A program made the position numbers and the translations under genes. Positions 7,030-15,768 of a stretch of 33,774 nucleotides of DNA are shown piece by piece. Position 1 is the first letter of the stretch, and each line of letters begins with the position of its first letter. Under the pieces are notes generated by a model, which was given only the letters and a program-made list of their open reading frames with translations, had not been told where the DNA came from and did not search any database. The stretch is from a virus (Duplodnaviria > Caudoviricetes), in the IMG/VR virus record IMGVR_UViG_3300011334_000293, positions 1 through 33,774 of that record. One strand, given 5' to 3'.

Positions 7030-8502
7030 ATGGGTTTATTCGACATATTTAGTAAAAAAGGTCTTAATCCAAATGTGCAATTTAACCAAGAACTCCGTTA
7101 TCTAAATGGTGCAGTCCTTCAGAACTACCAAAGTGGTGCGTATGTCAATGAGGGGTATCTTGGGAATGCTGATGTTTATGCTATTGTGAGCTTCCTTGCG
7201 CGTAAATGCGCTTCCATTCCTTGGTACGTTTACCGGCTTAATGATACAGAGAAGGGGCGAACTTCATTAATGAAATACAAGCAACTCTCTAAAGGTATAG
7301 CCAACAAAGGTGCATTCGAGAGAGCCATCATCGAGAGGAAAAATGCTTATTCGGAAAATATTGTGATGGGCAGTCCACTTGCTAATCTCCTCGAAAATCC
7401 AAACAAAAACCAATCTCAAGACCAATTCTTTGAGAATCTTTTTGGATATCGCTTCCTAAGCGGTGAAGGTGACATTTATGGCAATGATGGCAATTTGGGT
7501 GGAAAATTCCTTGAGCTAAATGTTTTACCTACTCATTTCCTTGATATTTATGCAGACCCAAACGATTTGTATAATGTCCTTGGTTATAAGCTTATGGTTG
7601 GCCAAGGCATTGACCTACCGAAGGATAAAGTGATGATGTGGAAAACATGGAACCCTGATTTCAATGCAACCACTCGTTCCCACATGAGAGGTGTTTCTCC
7701 AATGAGGGCATCATACTCTACCCTCCGGATGAGCAACAATGCTGCCGACGCTTCGGCCATGATGGCCCAGAATGGAGGAGCAAAGGGAGCGATTACCCCA
7801 AAGCCAATTGGTTCAAATGTTGCTACGTTCACCGTTGAACAAGCAAACATGATAAAAAGGGCGGTCAATGAGGACATGAACGGAATTGACAACAAGGGAA
7901 GGATAAATGTCCTGCAAACTCCTTGGGACTATCTTAATTTTGGTTTGTCATCTGTTGACATGGACTTGGTTAAGACGATGCAGATGTCAATGCACCAATG
8001 GTGCAGGGTATTTGGTTTACCGGCAGTAATTTTTGATACCGATACATCAAGCTACAACAACTACCAAAATGCGATGAGGGACTTAATGACTAACACAGTC
8101 ATCCCAACTTGTGCATCGCTTCGTGATGAGCTTAATAAGTGGCTTGTACCACGTTTTGGAGAAAATGTGTATATTGACTTTGATATTACGGCACTTCCGG
8201 AGATGCAGCAAGATATGGAGCGTATGTCGCGCATACTTCGTGATGCTAATTGGTTGACTTATGACGAGAAGCGAGTGGCAATGAATTACGAGGAGTTGGG
8301 TGGTGCTTATGCTACATCTTACGTATCAAATGGTCTGATTCCAATCGACCAAGTATTAATGGACTTAACTATGACTGATGGACAAAATGATAACATCGAC
8401 AACAACGGATCAGGAAATATGGACGATAGTGATGACGAGATTCCCGAAGATACCAACGGAGCGAACGTGCCGAACGGAGCAGAGGATGAGAATGGAAGTT
8501 AG
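7030..8502 (+). CDS. Portal protein (HK97 family)
   Basis: Follows terL; VYAIVSFLARKCASIPW, LLENPN, GVSP, VFGLP, SYNN and LTYDEKR motifs. Confidence 0.93.
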   Translation: MGLFDIFSKKGLNPNVQFNQELRYLNGAVLQNYQSGAYVNEGYLGNADVYAIVSFLARKCASIPWYVYRLNDTEKGRTSLMKYKQLSKGIANKGAFERAIIERKNAYSENIVMGSPLANLLENPNKNQSQDQFFENLFGYRFLSGEGDIYGNDGNLGGKFLELNVLPTHFLDIYADPNDLYNVLGYKLMVGQGIDLPKDKVMMWKTWNPDFNATTRSHMRGVSPMRASYSTLRMSNNAADASAMMAQNGGAKGAITPKPIGSNVATFTVEQANMIKRAVNEDMNGIDNKGRINVLQTPWDYLNFGLSSVDMDLVKTMQMSMHQWCRVFGLPAVIFDTDTSSYNNYQNAMRDLMTNTVIPTCASLRDELNKWLVPRFGENVYIDFDITALPEMQQDMERMSRILRDANWLTYDEKRVAMNYEELGGAYATSYVSNGLIPIDQVLMDLTMTDGQNDNIDNNGSGNMDDSDDEIPEDTNGANVPNGAEDENGS

Positions 8503-8528
8503 GTTTAGCTACAAAAAAAGACTTGAAG

Positions 8529-9356
8529 ATGAACGCGAAGCAGCAACGAGAATATTGGACGAAAGTGGAGCGACTTCGCAACCAACTTGATGTAAAGTAT
8601 AGTTCTTTGTTTAATGAGATAATTAAAAAAGAGTTAACGCAATTCGTTAATGATATTAAGAAATTTGGGCCAGAGGGAGCGTTAAGCCAAATGGGTGCTT
8701 ATGCCTGGAGTGAAAGCATGATGAAGGTCATGGAGAAGCTTTATAAAGAGTCGGCAATCCTATTTGGAAATGCCGTATATAGGGCAGTTGGAGTCATGAA
8801 TAAAAAAGGTGATACATTTGGGTTAAATAACGAGTGGATTGCGGAGGTTATTAGCTTTTTGGTTCAGTATGGATTTACACTTGTTTCGAATATTACTCAG
8901 ACTACTAAAGCAAAGCTTCAAGAAATTGTGGCAATGGGAATACAAGAAGGAAAAAGTATAGATCAAATAACTAAGGACATCATGAGTGATGAAACTACCG
9001 GTTATAGTGTGATGAGGGCAAAAAGGATAGCGAGAACGGAGGTGATGAGGTCAAGTAATTATGCTTCGATGATTGGTGCAGACAAGCATCCATTTGAGGT
9101 TGATAAGATATGGATAAGTGCGAGGGATAAAAGGACGAGAAGGATTCCAAAAGATAATTATGACCATTTTAATATGAATGGTCAAAAAGTGGGATGGGCG
9201 GATGACTTTACATCTACGGGTAAGAAAGGAGATTTAGTGTTGGCAGGATTTCCAGGTGATCCGACCACACCGGCAGGGTTCTCCATAAATTGTAGGTGTG
9301 CAGTTGGATTTGAAGCAAGAAGGGACGCAAATGGTAAATTAATAAAAAAGAAATAA
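8529..9356 (+). CDS. Minor head protein (Mu gpF / SPP1 gp7-like)
   Basis: RAKRIARTE, KIWISARDKRTR..H and INCRC motifs; ATG 8529 preferred as start. Confidence 0.88.
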   Translation: MNAKQQREYWTKVERLRNQLDVKYSSLFNEIIKKELTQFVNDIKKFGPEGALSQMGAYAWSESMMKVMEKLYKESAILFGNAVYRAVGVMNKKGDTFGLNNEWIAEVISFLVQYGFTLVSNITQTTKAKLQEIVAMGIQEGKSIDQITKDIMSDETTGYSVMRAKRIARTEVMRSSNYASMIGADKHPFEVDKIWISARDKRTRRIPKDNYDHFNMNGQKVGWADDFTSTGKKGDLVLAGFPGDPTTPAGFSINCRCAVGFEARRDANGKLIKKK

Positions 9357-9361
9357 GATAG

Positions 9362-10534
9362 ATGCCAATAAATAGATGCGATAACGGGAAATATCAGATT
9401 GGGAAAGGAGAATGTATGTACGAGAGTCGCGATTCTGCCCAAAGAGCATTTGTTGCGTATTTAGCATCTCATCCAGAGGAAGCAGATAAGCTGAGAGAAG
9501 AAAGCAAGAAGGCTGCCGACATGAATAAGGTTAGTTTTGATTTTGATGATACCATTGAGCTTGAAAGATATCAAAACATAGCAATAAAGTTAAAAGATGA
9601 GGGAAAAACGATTTATATTATTACAAGAAGGCAAGATTCCCAAAGTAAGTCTGTTTACGAGGCTGCAGATAAGATTGGTATTCCTCATTCAAGAGTGTAT
9701 TTTACCAATGGTAAGATGAAATGGGAAACTGTTAAAAGACTTGGAATTGGAATTCATTATGATAACAATCCTGATGAAATTAGACTTATAAACGAAAATA
9801 CTGACGCAAAAGGTAGATTAATAAATCAAAAAAGTATGATATACAATTATAAGTCATTAGATTGTGAATTTAAAGATGTTGACGCAAAAAAAGGAATTGT
9901 TACGGGTTACTTTTCTGCATTCGGTATGGTTGACTCTGATGGCGACATAATGATGCCAGGAGCATTTAAGCGTTCCATCAATGATTGGGGGCCAGATGGC
10001 AAAGGCAGGATTAAGCATTTGTTAAACCACAACCCTGCGCAACCATTAGGTAAACCTATTGTGTTAAAGGAAGATTCTTATGGATTGTATTATGAATCTT
10101 TAGTCGGTACACATACTTTAGGCAAAGATTTTATAAAAATGGTGGAATCTGGACTAATTAAAGAGCATTCCATAGGATTTCGTACCTTGCAGGAGCAAAA
10201 GAGTGAATTGGGTAATGAGTTGAGGGATGTGATGCTTTTTGAGGGATCAAGTTTGACTGCATGGGGGGCAAATGAGAACACTCCATTAATTGGAATGAAG
10301 TCTTTGAAAAGTGTAGAAACTATGCAAGAGGAAATTAGAGCATTCGATAAGTTTATCAGAAATTCAGACGCATCTGACGAAATGATTGACTTATGTCTTA
10401 TAAAGGTTAAACAGTTAGCACAAGCTATTGAACAAATGAGTAGCACGAAGGTAGTTGAGCCAACACCAGAGCAGCCAAAAGTTGATGATAGAGTGTTTGC
10501 AAAATCGCTTATATCAATTTTAAACAAGTATTAA
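9362..10534 (+). CDS. HK97-family prohead protease with an N-terminal HAD-like domain
   Basis: C-half: GYFSAFGMVDSDGD, GAF, LLNHN, HSIGF, EGSSLTAWGAN. N-half: SFDFDDT, IITRR, HYDNN (HAD motifs). Confidence 0.88.
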   Translation: MPINRCDNGKYQIGKGECMYESRDSAQRAFVAYLASHPEEADKLREESKKAADMNKVSFDFDDTIELERYQNIAIKLKDEGKTIYIITRRQDSQSKSVYEAADKIGIPHSRVYFTNGKMKWETVKRLGIGIHYDNNPDEIRLINENTDAKGRLINQKSMIYNYKSLDCEFKDVDAKKGIVTGYFSAFGMVDSDGDIMMPGAFKRSINDWGPDGKGRIKHLLNHNPAQPLGKPIVLKEDSYGLYYESLVGTHTLGKDFIKMVESGLIKEHSIGFRTLQEQKSELGNELRDVMLFEGSSLTAWGANENTPLIGMKSLKSVETMQEEIRAFDKFIRNSDASDEMIDLCLIKVKQLAQAIEQMSSTKVVEPTPEQPKVDDRVFAKSLISILNKY

Positions 10535-10545
10535 ATTAAAGTAAA

Positions 10546-11715
10546 ATGGAAGAATTAAAAAAATTCGAAGCTGCCCTCGAATCAAAAATGGCAGAGCAAA
10601 AAGCCGAAGTTGCTTCTATCAATGAGAAAGCACAAAAAAACTTCGATAGCAAAGTTGAAGGTATCAACGAAAGCCTTTTGAAAACCAACAAGAGCATCGA
10701 AGAAGCTCGTGCCGAGGTTTTGGAAGCAAAGGCTGCTTTCGGTCGCTTACAAGCTAACACCGAGAAGAAAGTTGCTACATCTTATGCTGAGCAGATTTTC
10801 AATATCAAAAATGAGATTGGAACTGCTATTGAAAAGGGATGGAATGACATTAAGGCTGCTGCAAGAACAAATGGTAAGGGTTTCTCTTACGAAATGGACA
10901 TGAAAGCAGTTGGTGTAATGACAATCGGTAACAACCTTACTGGTTCTGTTTACACTTCTTATGTTGACAATGCCTTTTTAAGGTCTTATGTTAACCCACA
11001 CTTGCGTTCAGTTTTCAACATCATCCCAGTTTCTACCGGTTCGGTTTCTTTCCCAAGAGGTAACACTCCGGTTGGCGAAGGTTCTTTCGGTAAGCAAACT
11101 GAAGGTAATGCTAAACCTCAAGTTGATTACGATGTAACAGTGGTAAACACTGCGTTGTCTTTCATCGCAGGTTACGCTAAAGTTTCTCGTCAAATGATTG
11201 ATGACTTGCCTTTCCTTCAAGCTTATCTTCAACAGTCATTGATTGAAGATTTCCAAAGAGCAGAAGACACTTACTATCTTAACGCAATCGCTTCAAGTGC
11301 AACCGCAGGTTCATCTTCTGGTGCAAACACTGCTGAGAAGTTCATTGATTACGTTGCTCAGTTGGGTGCTTTGAACTGGAACGCAAACCTTTCTTTGACA
11401 ACTCATGCAGGTTGGGCGAATTTGTTAAAAACTAAACCTGCTGATTACTCAGTACCTGGTGGAATGGTTATCGACAACAATGGTAACGTAAGAATCCTTG
11501 GTATTCCAGTTATCCCTCATTCTCTTGTTACTGCATCTAAGATTTATGTTATGGACACTACTAAGTTTGCCATTGCACAACAATCTGGATTGAGTGTTCG
11601 TAGCACAGAGTTTGATCAAGATGACTTTATCAAGAACTTGATTACTTTCCGTTGCGAAGCACGTTGCGAATTGTTACAATTCCAACCAACTGCTGCTATC
11701 TACGGAGCAATATAG
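10546..11715 (+). CDS. Major capsid protein (HK97 fold, coiled-coil delta domain)
   Basis: Follows the protease; N-terminal coiled coil, EGNAKP, KVSRQMIDD, ILGIPV, FIKNLITFRCEAR; strongly biased codon usage. Confidence 0.95.
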   Translation: MEELKKFEAALESKMAEQKAEVASINEKAQKNFDSKVEGINESLLKTNKSIEEARAEVLEAKAAFGRLQANTEKKVATSYAEQIFNIKNEIGTAIEKGWNDIKAAARTNGKGFSYEMDMKAVGVMTIGNNLTGSVYTSYVDNAFLRSYVNPHLRSVFNIIPVSTGSVSFPRGNTPVGEGSFGKQTEGNAKPQVDYDVTVVNTALSFIAGYAKVSRQMIDDLPFLQAYLQQSLIEDFQRAEDTYYLNAIASSATAGSSSGANTAEKFIDYVAQLGALNWNANLSLTTHAGWANLLKTKPADYSVPGGMVIDNNGNVRILGIPVIPHSLVTASKIYVMDTTKFAIAQQSGLSVRSTEFDQDDFIKNLITFRCEARCELLQFQPTAAIYGAI

Positions 11716-11733
11716 TTTTAAACGCACAAGAAA

Positions 11734-11761
11734 AAGAAGGGTGAAATTCCCTTCTTCTTTT
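11734..11761 (+). terminator. Terminator after the capsid gene
   Basis: AAGAAGGG-TGAAATT-CCCTTCTT followed by CTTTT. Confidence 0.75.
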
Positions 11762-11763
11762 AT

Positions 11764-12273
11764 ATGCCATATTCGTACGGATATTTTAAGTTAGAGGTTG
11801 AGTATCACATCCAAAAGAACATACCAAGGGATGCAAAAATATTAGATGTTGGTGCAGGTTGTGGGACTTATGGACTCATGCTTAAGCCACATTACCCTAA
11901 TTTGGATGCCATTGAGATATGGGATAAGTATATTGAAGAATTTAAGTTAAGGGACATTTATAGAACAGTTTATAACGAGGATGTTTTAGATTTTCGATTT
12001 GGCAATTACGATTATGTGATTTTTGGGGATATTATTGAACATTTGTCTTTTGAGGATGCTGACGCATTGCTAAGTATGTTGTTTCAAAAAGATATTAAAT
12101 GTCTTGTCGCAGTTCCCTACCAAATGAAACAAGGTGAAGTAAATGGTAACATTTGGGAAGAACATAAGCAAGATGACTTGACTCACGATTTGTTTATTAA
12201 GCGATATCCATATTTTGCACTTTTGTATAGGAATGATAAGTATGGATATTACGTTAACTATGACTTTATATGA
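11764..12273 (+). CDS. Class I SAM-dependent methyltransferase
   Basis: ILDVGAGCG motif I, DAIEI, YDYVIFGDIIEHL. Confidence 0.88.
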   Translation: MPYSYGYFKLEVEYHIQKNIPRDAKILDVGAGCGTYGLMLKPHYPNLDAIEIWDKYIEEFKLRDIYRTVYNEDVLDFRFGNYDYVIFGDIIEHLSFEDADALLSMLFQKDIKCLVAVPYQMKQGEVNGNIWEEHKQDDLTHDLFIKRYPYFALLYRNDKYGYYVNYDFI

Positions 12274-13241
12274 ACATTGTACTTTCTATTCACCTTTACC
12301 CTCCGGAGCATAACTGCGGAGCAGAGATGATGATTCACCGGATAGCAAAACACTTGCAATCTAAAGGTCATCACATAAGAGTTCTTTTACATCAGGCCAA
12401 TCACTACAAAATAACCAATAACTATGTTTATGATGGAATAGATGTATTCCCTCCTAACCCAAATGTTATTGAAAACTTATTTAATTGGAGTCATGCAGTT
12501 TTTACTCACCTCGATTATACGAGATGGAGTATAGCAATGGCTGCAACAAAAAGAAAGCCATTATTCCACTTGATCCACAATAGCCATAAATATCCGGAGA
12601 TAGTTCAAGCTGAAAAGAATCAACACATTATTTATAATTCAGAGTGGTTAAAAGATACATTGCAATATGAATTTGATAATTTTACTTTAACTCCTCCTAT
12701 AAATACATCAGACTTTAGCTCAACCAAAAATTCGCATTCGAACGAATATATTACTCTGATTAACTTAAATGATAACAAGGGTGGTAAGATATTTGAAGAG
12801 ATAGCCATGGCATTGCCTAATAAGCGTTTTTTAGGCGTAATAGGAAGCTATGACGAGCAAAACATACCAAAGCTTCCAAACGTAAAAGTAGTGCCTAATT
12901 CGCCTAAGATTAAGTCTGTGTACGAGCAGACAAGAATACTGTTGATGCCATCAAAATATGAATCATGGGGTATGACTGCAACCGAGGCAATGAGTTATGG
13001 CATACCGGTTATTTGTACTGAAACTGAAGGACTAAAAGAAAATTGTAGCAATGCAGGAATTTATATTAAAAATAGGGCAGATGTTAAAGAATGGATTGAT
13101 GCCATTTTCAAGCTTGAGAAGGCAGCATCGTATAATGCCCAAAGCGAAAAAGTTAGAAAAAGAGCAATGGAATTGGGGGGAGAAGAGAATTTGGACAAGT
13201 TCGAATACTGGGTGCGAGAAATGGTACATAAATACAATTAA
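12270..13241 (+). CDS. GT-B glycosyltransferase (GT4-like)
   Basis: YPPEHNCGAE N-terminus; LLMPSKYESWGMTATEAMSYGIPVI (EX7E motif). Confidence 0.9.
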   Translation: MNIVLSIHLYPPEHNCGAEMMIHRIAKHLQSKGHHIRVLLHQANHYKITNNYVYDGIDVFPPNPNVIENLFNWSHAVFTHLDYTRWSIAMAATKRKPLFHLIHNSHKYPEIVQAEKNQHIIYNSEWLKDTLQYEFDNFTLTPPINTSDFSSTKNSHSNEYITLINLNDNKGGKIFEEIAMALPNKRFLGVIGSYDEQNIPKLPNVKVVPNSPKIKSVYEQTRILLMPSKYESWGMTATEAMSYGIPVICTETEGLKENCSNAGIYIKNRADVKEWIDAIFKLEKAASYNAQSEKVRKRAMELGGEENLDKFEYWVREMVHKYN

Positions 13242-13243
13242 AG

Positions 13244-13807
13244 ATGTCTATAATAATAAATAGTGTTCAAATCGTTTCTGATGCAGTTGTAGAGCCTGTA
13301 AGTCTTACTGATGCCAAGACATGGATGCGTATTGACTACAATACTGATGACAACCTAATTGGCGATTTAATTGCATCTGCAAGAAAGCATATTGAGAAAT
13401 TAAGTGGGGTAAGTTTTGTCAACAAACTAATTACCTCAAACTTCACTATTGCCGGTACAACTCAAGATGTTTGGATAATAGATTTACCTTACTCGCCATT
13501 GCTTTGCGTAAATGAGCTTAAGTATAAAAGTGGTTTTAATACTTATGATATTTTTGTAAAAAATACCGAATACGAGCAAATTGGTGGAAAGTTATGGCTT
13601 TACACTCCAGGTACTTACAACTGCACCTACCAAGCCGGTTACGGATCAGTTCCGGCTGATATTAAGTCAGACATTCTTACTCTCGTTGCTTGGTCTTATG
13701 ACAATACCGGCAAGAAGTTTACCGGTGATGCCAATAACAACAACAATAATAAGTTTCCTTTTTGGGATGGCCTAAACTACCATCAATACAAAAAAGTTGT
13801 GATATGA
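13244..13807 (+). CDS. Head-tail connector/adaptor (gp6/gp15-like)
   Basis: EPVSLTDAKTWMRID...LIASARKHIE...YQAGYGSVPADIK. Confidence 0.88.
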   Translation: MSIIINSVQIVSDAVVEPVSLTDAKTWMRIDYNTDDNLIGDLIASARKHIEKLSGVSFVNKLITSNFTIAGTTQDVWIIDLPYSPLLCVNELKYKSGFNTYDIFVKNTEYEQIGGKLWLYTPGTYNCTYQAGYGSVPADIKSDILTLVAWSYDNTGKKFTGDANNNNNNKFPFWDGLNYHQYKKVVI

Positions 13808-14253
13808 GTAAGCCGTTGAGCGTAAAAGTAAATGATACTTATTTCAATAAGGCTTTAAATAAACTTAAGGCTTTAGAGAATGACTTTGCAACTGAGGTGG
13901 ATGATGAGATGACTGCATCAGCTTTGGATATTGTAACTTTAGCCAAAAAGAATGCTCCAGTTGATACCGGTAGGATGAGAGGAGCGATAACTTCAAATAA
14001 GTTATCTTTGCTTAGACATGAGGTTAGGGTAAATACAAATTATGCTGCTTATGTGGAATTTGGTACTGGAGGCAAGTATAAAGTTTATGAAGGTAATTTG
14101 ACTAATGAGTGGAAGAATATTGCAGCAACACATTATGTAAATGGGAAAGGCACTACAAGACCTCAACCATTTTTATACCCTGCGGTAAAAGTGGTGTTAA
14201 AGAAGCTGAAGGATAAATTTAAAGTTAGATTAAAAGCATTATTAAAAAAGTAG
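13804..14253 (+). CDS. HK97 gp10-like neck/tail completion protein
   Basis: APVDTGRMR, YAAYVEFGT, PQPFLYPA; ATG 13804 overlaps the upstream stop (ATGA). Confidence 0.88.
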   Translation: MSKPLSVKVNDTYFNKALNKLKALENDFATEVDDEMTASALDIVTLAKKNAPVDTGRMRGAITSNKLSLLRHEVRVNTNYAAYVEFGTGGKYKVYEGNLTNEWKNIAATHYVNGKGTTRPQPFLYPAVKVVLKKLKDKFKVRLKALLKK

Positions 14254-14685
14254 ATGTTAGACTGCGCAAATAATATTAGAGAGTGTTACATGAACATACT
14301 TGATGGCAATGTTGTTTATAATGGCAATATTATCAAAGTGTATGGACAAACTCCTTTTAACACACCTCCTAATACATACATAATGCTCGGAAGCATTACC
14401 GAGGCTGCTGACAATAACAATCAGCTATTTATTACCGATGCAGACATTGACATTAACATAATTACTGAGCAATATAGAAGGCCAGACTTAAGTGTTGTAG
14501 ATGCCATCTCGTCTTTGGTATTGAACTTAATAATACCATTTACTGGGGTTTTAGATGTTGGTGATGATGATTTCCAAATTTTTCCATTATCTCGCATAAG
14601 TTCACGATATTTGCCATTAGAAAATGGGGATGTATATATTTCAAGAAAAATTTTAACAATCAATAATTCAGTAATTCAAAAATAA
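14254..14685 (+). CDS. Tail terminator-like protein
   Basis: Position between gp10 and the tail tube gene; 143 aa, VYGQTP..P..YI pattern. Confidence 0.7.
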   Translation: MLDCANNIRECYMNILDGNVVYNGNIIKVYGQTPFNTPPNTYIMLGSITEAADNNNQLFITDADIDINIITEQYRRPDLSVVDAISSLVLNLIIPFTGVLDVGDDDFQIFPLSRISSRYLPLENGDVYISRKILTINNSVIQK

Positions 14686-14691
14686 AGAAAA

Positions 14692-15123
14692 ATGGGACAA
14701 ATTTTAGGCGCATTGCAAAATATCGAGATTGATGTAACTAACGCATCAACTTATAAAACTCTCGTTTGTTTGGCTTCTTCTTCAGTTAACTCAAGTGCTG
14801 ACACCGCTTCAGATGCAACAAATTGTGGAATCCTTACCTCAGTTGGTGATTTTTCTATAACAGTTGATTTTGATGCAGTATGCGAAGCTTTACCGCAGGT
14901 TACACAAGTTACTTATAAGGATTTGCTTATTGCAATGTCAAGCAAATCTTTAGTTCAAGTAAGGGTTCAAAGTCCAAATGTTTTGGGATCATCTACCGGA
15001 ACTGCTTACTATCACCAATTTAGTGCGTATGTCAACTCGTTGACTATCACCCAAGCAACTAATGAATTTGTAAAATTCAGCGGTAGCTTTACTTCTGCAA
15101 GTATCATTGACATAACTGTTTAA
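14692..15123 (+). CDS. Major tail (tube) protein
   Basis: 143 aa, beta-rich, upstream of the chaperone and tape measure genes; ends AYVNSLT...VKFSGSF. Confidence 0.8.
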   Translation: MGQILGALQNIEIDVTNASTYKTLVCLASSSVNSSADTASDATNCGILTSVGDFSITVDFDAVCEALPQVTQVTYKDLLIAMSSKSLVQVRVQSPNVLGSSTGTAYYHQFSAYVNSLTITQATNEFVKFSGSFTSASIIDITV

Positions 15124-15127
15124 TTAT

Positions 15128-15493
15128 ATGAACTATACTACGATTGAGATAAATGGTCAGAAACTCGGACTTAAATTTGGAATGGCATCATTCCGTTACC
15201 TGCAAGGCAAATTCGTAAATGGGATTGCTTTTGAAGGCGATAACCTAAATGAAATTGGAATAGCACACATTCTTTATAGTGGTTACTACAATAACTGCGT
15301 TATAAAGGATGTTGTGCCATCATTAACTTTCGAATCATTTGTTGATTTTATTGAATTAAATCTAAACAATGAGGAAGTTCTTGAGAAAATTAAGGACATA
15401 ATGAGCATTTGGGCATCAAGTGACTTTGTTAAGCAGACGCAAGTAGTCAAGGCTGATGAGCCAAAAAAAAAGACTACTCGTGGGAAGAAATAG
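15128..15493 (+). CDS. Tail assembly chaperone (gpG-like)
   Basis: Position before the tape measure gene; ends with slippery A AAA AAG. Confidence 0.8.
   Translation: MNYTTIEINGQKLGLKFGMASFRYLQGKFVNGIAFEGDNLNEIGIAHILYSGYYNNCVIKDVVPSLTFESFVDFIELNLNNEEVLEKIKDIMSIWASSDFVKQTQVVKADEPKKKTTRGKK
15463..15472 (+). other. Programmed -1 frameshift site (G/GT type)
   Basis: CCA AAA AAA AAG; the -1 frame reads DYSWEEIESFAFGELMLLPND... without a stop into ORF 15517-15768. Confidence 0.85.
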
Positions 15494-15768
15494 AGTCGTT
15501 TGCCTTCGGTGAGTTAATGTTGCTTCCAAATGATTTTTATGCAATGAGTCCAAGGCATTTATCTCTAATGCTTAAAGGACATCAAGATAAGAAGGTAGAT
15601 ACTTACAAGCAGACAAGAATGCTTATGTTTACGATGGTGCGGTTGATGGGTGATCCTAAAACCGCACCAAAAACACCAGAACAACTTTGGGAGCTACCTG
15701 GCGATGAAGAAAATTCAAATGTGTTGAGTGATGATGAGATAAAGGAAATATTTAAAAGATTATCATAA
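15472..15768 (+). CDS. Tail assembly chaperone frameshift extension (gpT-like)
   Basis: Open -1 frame from the slippery site; PNDFYAMSP motif. Confidence 0.75.
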   Translation, partial: DYSWEEIESFAFGELMLLPNDFYAMSPRHLSLMLKGHQDKKVDTYKQTRMLMFTMVRLMGDPKTAPKTPEQLWELPGDEENSNVLSDDEIKEIFKRLS

